Positions 26,649 to 33,461 of a DNA stretch of 64,000 bases are shown here, one piece after another. Under the pieces are notes generated by a model. That model made no database searches. It was not told where the DNA came from and was given only the letters and a program-made list of their open reading frames with translations. The translations under genes were made by a program, and so were the position numbers. Origin of the DNA: Myxococcota bacterium (GTDB taxonomy: Bacteria > Myxococcota > XYA12-FULL-58-9 > JALHOP01); NCBI GenBank assembly GCA_041288095.1, contig JBGGMJ010000099.1, forward strand, positions 1 to 64,000, written 5' to 3'. Position 1 is the stretch's first letter; each line of letters begins with the position of its first letter.

Positions 26649-27599
26649 ATGCGGCTATCTGCGATCGTCTCTGCGCTCCTTCTCACGCTTGCCGTCAACG
26701 CCCACGCCCGACCCGCGAAGGAGAAGCGGAAGACCGCCGAACGCGGCGCGCAGGCGGAAGAAAAAGGCGGTGGCGAGGAGGCTGCCGCTGACAACAAGCC
26801 GTTCGTGCCGCCACTCCCCGGCGTCAAGTGGGTCATGGGCCCCGGCAAGGGTGACCTGGGCAACGCCGCCATCGAAGTGCCCGCGGGCTTCGCCTTCACC
26901 GGCCGCGAAGGCACCAAGGCGTTTCTCGAGGCCACCGAGAACCCAGTCGGCACCACCGAACGCGGTACGCTTTGGCGCATTCCGCCGCAGGGCAGCACCA
27001 ACTCGTGGTTCGTGATCTTCGAGTACGAAGACAGCGGCCACATCAAGGACGACGACAAGGACGACATCGACGCCGACGCGCTGCTCTCGAGCCTTCAGGA
27101 AGGCACGGAGGCCTCGAACGAAGAGCGCCGTCAGCGTGGCTGGTCGACCATCAAGGTCACCGGCTGGCACGTGAAGCCGCAGTATGACGAGGCCTCGCAC
27201 AACGTCGAGTGGGCGACCAAGGCCGTCGACGAGCAGACCAACAGCATGAGCATCAACCACAACGTCCGCATCCTCGGACGTACGGGTGTCACCAGCGCCG
27301 TTCTGGTTGCCGGTGAAGACGAGCTCGCCAGCGCCACGCCTGAGTTCAAGAAGACGCTTGCCGGCTTCAACTACAACGCCGGCGACAAGTACGGTGACTA
27401 CAAGCAGGGCGACAAGCTCGCCGCCTACGGCATCGCCGGCCTCGTCCTCGGTGGCGCGGTGGCGGTCGCCGCGAAGTCGGGTCTTCTCGGCAAGCTGATC
27501 AAGCCGATCATCCTCGGCATCGCGGCCATTGGCGCCGGCATCGCCAAGTTGTTCAAGCGCGGCGGTGGCACCAAGGCAGAGCCGCCGAAGCAGGCCTGA
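26649..27599 (+). CDS. DUF2167-family membrane-anchored protein
   Basis: Signal peptide; SGHIKDDD, GW...PQYD, RILGRTG and GDKLAAYGIAGLVLGG..AAKSG; C-terminal TM. Confidence 0.85.
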   Translation: MRLSAIVSALLLTLAVNAHARPAKEKRKTAERGAQAEEKGGGEEAAADNKPFVPPLPGVKWVMGPGKGDLGNAAIEVPAGFAFTGREGTKAFLEATENPVGTTERGTLWRIPPQGSTNSWFVIFEYEDSGHIKDDDKDDIDADALLSSLQEGTEASNEERRQRGWSTIKVTGWHVKPQYDEASHNVEWATKAVDEQTNSMSINHNVRILGRTGVTSAVLVAGEDELASATPEFKKTLAGFNYNAGDKYGDYKQGDKLAAYGIAGLVLGGAVAVAAKSGLLGKLIKPIILGIAAIGAGIAKLFKRGGGTKAEPPKQA

Positions 27600-28671
27600 T
27601 ATCGACACTCAGTTTCTCCAGCTCGCTGCCGTAGCGGTTCTCCTCTACGTCATCGAGCTGGCCGTCTACTTGCCGCCCGGCCGCGTCGGCTTCGTGCTAC
27701 GCGGTCGGAGTGTGCGCCTCATTCGGGGCCTGGGCTTCAAGAGCCCATTTCCCTGGGGTGCGTTCTACGCCGTCGACGACTTCTATCTCGAGCTGGGGGC
27801 GACAGGCGCCTTGCTCTCACGCCCCTCGCGTGACGGCCGCGCGCACCCCGTCTATCTCGACTACGCGGTCATCAAGGACGTGACGGTTCGTGAGACGAAG
27901 CTCTTCGTCGACGGCAAGGAAGTGTTCAGGGCTCCGTCCGCTAAAGCGGCTGAGCGCGTCAAGCACGACCTCGATGCCATACGCGCGCTGCCCGAGAAGA
28001 AGCGCGCGGACGCCGTGAAGAAGCTCATCGCCGGGCAGATCGATGCGGACAAGGCGGTCGAGATCCGTAAGACCGACGACAAGACGTTGGTGACCCTTCG
28101 CGGCTTCGGAGTCCTCTTGCTGCTCCTGGTCGCCGGCGTCATTGGCTACCTCTTGATGGGGCGCACCGAGCGCTTGACCTCGATTGGCCTGGGAGCGCTG
28201 GCGCTCACGGTCTTCGCCATTGGCAAGTTCATCTCCGCGCACGCAAAGCTCTGGCCTCGCGAGCGCGCGCAGCGTTGGACGCGCGCCTTCACGTACATTT
28301 ACCCCCTCGCTCTGGCGAAGAGCTCGGACGTCTGCACGCACGACCGGATGTCCGGCTTGCACGTGCTCGCGCCGATGCGTGCTTTTACGACGCCGGCGGA
28401 GCAGGGTCGCATGATCGAAGCCATGCTCGCCGATGCCAAGGCGGCGGACACCTCGCTCGACAACGACAACGCGGACGTGAAGCGCACCCGCGCCGAGGTC
28501 CATGCGACGCTGATGGGGGTGCTCTCCACCATTGCTCCCGCTCCGCAAAAGAAGACGGCGGAAAACGATGACGGCGTGGTCGTGCGTTGCCCGCGTTGCG
28601 GCGCCGGCTATACGCGGCAAGTCTCGGAGTGTTTCGACTGCGGAGCGGCGATCGAGCAGCAGGCTGGCTGA
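27529..28671 (+). CDS. Hypothetical membrane protein with a C-terminal zinc ribbon (start uncertain)
   Basis: Three hydrophobic helices and CPRC...CFDC near the C-terminus. No ATG or GTG before the first TM helix. Confidence 0.7.
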   Translation: MAPASPSCSSAAVAPRQSRRSRPDIDTQFLQLAAVAVLLYVIELAVYLPPGRVGFVLRGRSVRLIRGLGFKSPFPWGAFYAVDDFYLELGATGALLSRPSRDGRAHPVYLDYAVIKDVTVRETKLFVDGKEVFRAPSAKAAERVKHDLDAIRALPEKKRADAVKKLIAGQIDADKAVEIRKTDDKTLVTLRGFGVLLLLLVAGVIGYLLMGRTERLTSIGLGALALTVFAIGKFISAHAKLWPRERAQRWTRAFTYIYPLALAKSSDVCTHDRMSGLHVLAPMRAFTTPAEQGRMIEAMLADAKAADTSLDNDNADVKRTRAEVHATLMGVLSTIAPAPQKKTAENDDGVVVRCPRCGAGYTRQVSECFDCGAAIEQQAG

Positions 28672-28826
28672 GTGCGTGTGCGCCCGTCGCTCGGGGGCCG
28701 TGGACAACACTACGTGTGGCCTCGCCAACGCACGACATCGTGTCAGTCTCCAAGTATCGCGCTCTTGTGCGCTGCGACGGATAGTGGCGCGGGTCATGCA
28801 TCGCGCTTGGCAACGAGGAGGCACGC

Positions 28827-29207
28827 ATGTCGCACGGTGGGAAATTCACGATGCTCGAGGCCATGGGGAGCCCGCGTTTCGACGCCCGGCTGGGTGATGC
28901 CGTGGCTGCGTCTCCGGCCGTGTCTCCGGCGGTCGTGCGTGAGACCTTGAAGCAGGTCGAGACCGCCCGCGACGAGATGGCAACGGAGATCGTCGCGTAC
29001 AGCGCGGCGCTCGCCGATGCCGCGGCCCTACGGAGCGAGGCGATCGTGCTTGGCCCGCTTGCTTGGGCGCGTGGTCGCGTCCATCTGTCCTCGACCCTCG
29101 ACGAAAATGTCGGCGCGCGTGAGACGGAGCTCCGCGTAACGCGCGATGCGCACACGTCACTCACGCAATCGTATCAGCGCCTGCGCGATCGACTGAAAGA
29201 GCCGTAG
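28827..29207 (+). CDS. Hypothetical alpha-helical protein
   Basis: GAGGAGG RBS before the ATG; coiled-coil character. Confidence 0.65.
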   Translation: MSHGGKFTMLEAMGSPRFDARLGDAVAASPAVSPAVVRETLKQVETARDEMATEIVAYSAALADAAALRSEAIVLGPLAWARGRVHLSSTLDENVGARETELRVTRDAHTSLTQSYQRLRDRLKEP

Positions 29208-29212
29208 TCAGG

Positions 29213-29998
29213 CTATCCCGCCGGCGAGCCCGCCGACGCCTGCGTGACATTCGCCGCCTTGCGCTTGCGCGCGACGATCCGCGCGCCCAGGATGCCGAGC
29301 TCCCAGAAGAGCACGAGTGGCACCGCCATCAAGCACATGCTGACCGGCGATGGGTCCGCGGTGACCACGCCGCCGATGATGAACGACGCGACCACCCAAT
29401 ACTTGCGCCACTTGGCGAAGCTCGCGGCCGTGACGAGACCCGCCGCCGCGAGGATCCACATGACCAGCGGCAGCTCGAAGACGAAGCCGAAGGCAAGCAG
29501 CATGTGGAACACCAAGTTGAAGTAGGTCTCGACCGAGTACGTGTTCTCGACGCCGACCGGCACCATCGCGGTCAGGTATTTGAACATGTTCGGGATCACC
29601 ACGTAGTAGCCAAAGGCGCCGCCGCCGACGAACGACAGCGTACCCATGATGATGAAGGGCGCGATCCAACGCTTCTCGTGGGAGTAGAGCCCGGGGGCGA
29701 CGAACAGCCACAGCTGCGCGAGCATCCATGGCGCCGTGCCGAAGACGGCCGCTAAAATGGACAGCTTCATGTACGTGAAGACCATCTCGAGCGGCGACAG
29801 CACCACGAGCTTTTGCCCGCCGGTCGCGACGTCGAGTGGCTGGCGCATGATGTTGAAGAGCTCGGGCGCATAGCTGAAGGCCGCGAACGTCGCGACCAAC
29901 AGCACGATCAAGACGTACATGAGGCGCTTGCGCAGCTCGGTCAGGTGCTCGACCAGGCTCATGCGGGATTGGGCGAAGGGGTCGTGCTGGTCGGTCAT
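29213..29998 (-). CDS. tatC: Twin-arginine translocase subunit TatC
   Basis: SLVEHLTELRKRL, QLWLFVAPGLY..EK and FGFVFELP motifs. Confidence 0.96.
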   Translation of the reverse strand: MTDQHDPFAQSRMSLVEHLTELRKRLMYVLIVLLVATFAAFSYAPELFNIMRQPLDVATGGQKLVVLSPLEMVFTYMKLSILAAVFGTAPWMLAQLWLFVAPGLYSHEKRWIAPFIIMGTLSFVGGGAFGYYVVIPNMFKYLTAMVPVGVENTYSVETYFNLVFHMLLAFGFVFELPLVMWILAAAGLVTAASFAKWRKYWVVASFIIGGVVTADPSPVSMCLMAVPLVLFWELGILGARIVARKRKAANVTQASAGSPAG

Positions 29999-30342
29999 GG
30001 CTTGGGCTCGGAGGTGACGGCCGCGCCCGGCTCGGGTGCCGGCGTTGTCGTTTCTGGTGCCACCGGCGAGCCGTCCGCCTGCGGCAGCGGCTCATTCGCG
30101 GCGACGGGCAAGTGCTCGGGCGGCGCCATGCCGATGGCGGCCTTGCGCTCGCGCTCCCGCTCTTCACGCTCTGCCTCCCGCGCCACCTCGTCGAAGGTGT
30201 GCTGCAGGTCGCTCGCGTGACGCCGGAACTCGCGCAGGCCCTTGCCGACTTGGCGGGCGACCTGGGGTAGCTTGGTCGGCCCAAGCACCACGAGGGCGAC
30301 GACCAGGATGATGATGACTTCGCCGACGCCTAAGCCGAGCAT
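29995..30342 (-). CDS. tatB: Twin-arginine translocase subunit TatB (TatA/B family)
   Basis: GEVIIILVVALVVLGPTKLPQVARQVGKGLREFR; 4-nt overlap with tatC. Confidence 0.88.
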   Translation of the reverse strand: MLGLGVGEVIIILVVALVVLGPTKLPQVARQVGKGLREFRRHASDLQHTFDEVAREAEREERERERKAAIGMAPPEHLPVAANEPLPQADGSPVAPETTTPAPEPGAAVTSEPKP

Positions 30343-30424
30343 TCCCCTAAGAAAACACGAAGGCGCCGATAAGCCAACGCTGTTGGACCTACCGGCGCCT
30401 TTGGGTGTGCTCAGACCTTATTGA

Positions 30425-32074
30425 TTAGAGGCCAGTGCCGCTGCCGCTGCGCGAGGGCGAGCTGCTGGACCGGCTCGGCGAGCTGTAGCTCGGCGAGGGG
30501 CTGCTGTACGACGGCGAGCGGCTCGGTGAGCTGTAGCTCGGCGAGCTGCCGAGGCCAGTGCCCGAACCGGAGCTGCGCGGCGGCGTATACGACGGCGGCG
30601 GCGTGTACGACGGCGTGCTGCGCGGCGGCGTGTACGACGGCGACGGCGAGCTGCCGAGACCCGTACCCGAGCCCGAGCTACGCGGCGGGGTATAGGTCGG
30701 CGAGGTCGACGGCGACGGCGACGAGCCTAGGCCCGTGCCACTGCCGCTGCTGCGGGGAGGAAGCCCCGAGCCGGGGCTGGTGCCACCGGGGAGACCGGTG
30801 CCCGAGCCTGGCAGGCCCGTGCCTGAACCCGTCCCCGAGCGGGGCGGCAGGCCCGTACCCGAACCCGGGAGACCCGTGCCCGAGCCCGGAAGACCGGTGC
30901 CCGAGCGGGGCGGCAGACCCGTGCCACTGCCGGGAAGGCCAGTGCCCGAACCCGAACCCGGCAAGCCGGTGCCCGAGCCTGGACGGCGGGGATACGGATC
31001 GAGACCGGTGCCACTGCGACCATCCGGATAGCGGGGGGTCGGGAAGTAGCGGTGGTCACGGTAGTAGTCGGGATAATACTGGTAGTAGTAATCGTGGTAG
31101 CGCGGCTGCGTGAGGCACTGCAGGGTCGAGAGCTGATCGTTCAGCCGCTCCATGCTGTACTGCTGCGCGAGCTGCGTGCGCAGGATCTGCGCCGCCTGGC
31201 TTCCCGGGGGGAAGGTCGACAGGATGGTCTCGAGACGCGCCATGCTCTGCATGCGCTGGCTCTCGAGGTACTGCTGCATGCTCTGGCGCTGCAGGATGTC
31301 GTAGAAGCTGTCGCAGCCGTACATGTTCATCGGCGACCAGAACGACAGGCCGCGCATGAAGATGCCGCGTTGCACGAGCTCCATGAGAACGGCGTCCGCG
31401 AAAGCGGGGCTGTTCGTGGCGTTGAGCGACGACACCGCCAAAGCGATGGTCGACTCGTTGCCCCACGGATACATGCGCTCGAGCACCTGGGCCGCCGCTT
31501 GGGGGCTGCTCATGCCGGAGAGGCTCTGGCGCAGCACCATGTTGAGAGCGCTGCTCTCGTAGCCGCTGGTGCGGTCCATGACCTGCTGCAAGAGGCCCAT
31601 GCTGGCCAAGCGCTCGACGAACGCGCCGCGGATCTCCGGCGGGTAGCGATTGAGGATCGCCAGCGTCTCTTGCTCTTCGGCTTGGTCGAAGCAGAAGAGG
31701 CCGAGGAACGAGCAGCTGTTGAGCATCTGGCTGATGCGGGCCGCGTCGTTCGCCATCTGCGCCTGCAACGACGGGTCGACGATGCGTGAGGCGACGCTTG
31801 GGTCCCAGTACTGGGTGTACTGCGCCAGGGTGACTTCCGGCGCCGCGGTCTCGCGGTTCACGCCAGGGGTAAAGCGCGGCGTCGCGAGGCCGGCAGTCGT
31901 GCTGCGCGGCTGCGCCGTGACGGTGGTGCGCGAGGCGGCATCGGGCTCCGGCGCGCGGAGCGCTTCGGGCGCTGCGGGACGAACCTCGGTGCTCGGAGCC
32001 GCGTCGGTGTTGGCCACCACGCTGCTCGTGCTCGAAACTTGGGGATTTGGCTCGAGAGCCGTCACTGCTGCCAT
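30425..32074 (-). CDS. Hypothetical protein: disordered leader, helical core, Tyr-rich spacer, tail with 13 SGTGL repeats ending at the stop codon
   Basis: AAGGAG RBS about 7 nt before ATG 32074; C-terminus ...SRSGSGTGL*. Confidence 0.82.
   Translation of the reverse strand: MAAVTALEPNPQVSSTSSVVANTDAAPSTEVRPAAPEALRAPEPDAASRTTVTAQPRSTTAGLATPRFTPGVNRETAAPEVTLAQYTQYWDPSVASRIVDPSLQAQMANDAARISQMLNSCSFLGLFCFDQAEEQETLAILNRYPPEIRGAFVERLASMGLLQQVMDRTSGYESSALNMVLRQSLSGMSSPQAAAQVLERMYPWGNESTIALAVSSLNATNSPAFADAVLMELVQRGIFMRGLSFWSPMNMYGCDSFYDILQRQSMQQYLESQRMQSMARLETILSTFPPGSQAAQILRTQLAQQYSMERLNDQLSTLQCLTQPRYHDYYYQYYPDYYRDHRYFPTPRYPDGRSGTGLDPYPRRPGSGTGLPGSGSGTGLPGSGTGLPPRSGTGLPGSGTGLPGSGTGLPPRSGTGSGTGLPGSGTGLPGGTSPGSGLPPRSSGSGTGLGSSPSPSTSPTYTPPRSSGSGTGLGSSPSPSYTPPRSTPSYTPPPSYTPPRSSGSGTGLGSSPSYSSPSRSPSYSSPSPSYSSPSRSSSSPSRSGSGTGL
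30428..31015 (-). repeat. SGTGL peptide-repeat tail (13 copies)
   Basis: Counted in the translation; codons vary between copies. Confidence 0.9.
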
Positions 32075-32089
32075 GATCATTCTCCTTGA

Positions 32090-32117
32090 GTATCTAAATC
32101 GTCGATCGTTGAGTTGT
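32090..32117 (-). promoter_or_regulatory. Degenerate copy of the alternative-sigma motif (ACAACT-N15-TAGATAC)
   Basis: Shares the 11-mer GCAGACAACTC with the copy upstream of 19042. Confidence 0.45.
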
Positions 32118-32203
32118 CTGCTATAGCGGACACTTGCAAGAACGACCGACCGGTGCGAGCGAACTTGCGCGCGCGCGTCACCGGTCAGTCACTCGTTGCT
32201 TGG

Positions 32204-32614
32204 TTACTTCGCGAGGACCTGCCACCAGGGCAGGCCATTGACGTCGTCGGTCTCGCGTTCGACGGCAGGTGCGTTCGCGACGGCGAGAAATTTCTTCGCG
32301 GCCGTGCGACGCATGTCTTCGCTGTTTCTCACCGGTACACCGCGTCCGGGCGCGGGACCGATGATCGCGAACGTATTCATCAGGTCCACTGCAGCGGACT
32401 TACACTGCAATTGTTTGTGCACGTAGAGAGCGCAGCGCATCATCTCCTGCGCGGCCGCGTGAGCGACCTCGTAGGTGGTAAAGCTCTGGAAGAGCTTGAC
32501 GATGGCTTGGCGGCCCTCCGCCGTGACGACGTAGCCTTTGGCTTCGTCTTTTCGCAGTGCGCCCAAGACTACGTCAGCGACGCGTTGCTCGAGCTCGGTG
32601 GGTGGTGGAAGCAT
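32204..32614 (-). CDS. Hypothetical small helical protein
   Basis: 136-aa ORF with host-like codon usage, co-oriented with its neighbours. Confidence 0.65.
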   Translation of the reverse strand: MLPPPTELEQRVADVVLGALRKDEAKGYVVTAEGRQAIVKLFQSFTTYEVAHAAAQEMMRCALYVHKQLQCKSAAVDLMNTFAIIGPAPGRGVPVRNSEDMRRTAAKKFLAVANAPAVERETDDVNGLPWWQVLAK

Positions 32615-32660
32615 TGAAGGTATATCCTGTGGAATTGATGCAGTTCAGTAGCGCTACGAA

Positions 32661-33263
32661 CTAGTCCCAGAACGAGCGGATGGCCTTCTGAGCTTCGGGG
32701 CTCAGATTGCCCGGCTGATCCAGGATCGCGCGGAACTGCTGCTGCTCGGCGTGCGTCAGCTCGCTGCGGCGATCGTTGAACTCTTGCTTCAGAGCGCCAC
32801 GCTCTTCGCCGTCGATGGCGAGGGCGTTGCCCCAGAAGTCGCGCTCGACTTCGCCGTAGCGGTTGAAGAAGCTCGCCTCGACGCCGCGCGCGAAGCCCAG
32901 CACCATGACGGCGCGAGCGTGCGACCCAGCGACCCAGCTAGCGGTCTGGCCAACGGGGCTGGTGAAGCGATCGAGGTAGGGCAAGAGGACGTCACGCGCG
33001 TAGCCCGTGAGGTTCGTCTTCAGCGTCTCGGTGAAGTCATGAACGTCGACCGGGTTCGCGATTGCCGAGCGGCGCTCGTGATACTCCGCGACCATACGGC
33101 CGCTCTCGTCGCCGTTGACGCCGCCGACTTCGCTGCCGCGCACGAACGCAAGCATGCCGACCGCTTGAGCTTTTCCGAGGGTAACTGGATCTGACATTTC
33201 AAACACTCCATCGCATGTCGCAAGCTCTTGTGAGCTTGCAACCTGGGTAACGCCGCGAACCAC
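32661..33263 (-). CDS. Hypothetical protein (alternative start ATG 33197 with a GGAG RBS)
   Basis: ORF with good codon usage; no recognisable motif. Confidence 0.68.
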   Translation of the reverse strand: MVRGVTQVASSQELATCDGVFEMSDPVTLGKAQAVGMLAFVRGSEVGGVNGDESGRMVAEYHERRSAIANPVDVHDFTETLKTNLTGYARDVLLPYLDRFTSPVGQTASWVAGSHARAVMVLGFARGVEASFFNRYGEVERDFWGNALAIDGEERGALKQEFNDRRSELTHAEQQQFRAILDQPGNLSPEAQKAIRSFWD

Positions 33264-33327
33264 TTGATGCGGCTATGTTGGTGGGTTGCGACTCACCCAC
33301 TTGGGGAGCCAGCAACGAGTATCGGGA

Positions 33328-33354
33328 GTATCGAGGGTGCCGCTGTTACGTTGC
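33328..33354 (-). promoter_or_regulatory. Putative alternative-sigma promoter, strong copy (GCAACG-N14-TCGATAC)
   Basis: Upstream of the 33263-32204 genes; a second CCGATAC follows 9 nt later. Confidence 0.6.
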
Positions 33355-33461
33355 TGAAAATGATGCGACGCGTCTGTCAGGCGCTGGCGGCACGTCGATT
33401 CACGAAACGGCGTGACCTCGTCGCGCGACATTAGCCCATTCCCTAAAATTCGGAGCCTTAG

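Noticed and set aside
30347..30372. Perfect sigma28 -10 box GCCGATAA on the + strand
   Set aside because: No CAAC-type -35, and it points antisense into the 3' end of the SGTGL gene with no plausible + strand gene downstream.
30428..31015. CRISPR array or DNA-level VNTR
   Set aside because: The repeats are in-frame peptide repeats with synonymous variation and no unique spacers; no cas genes are present.
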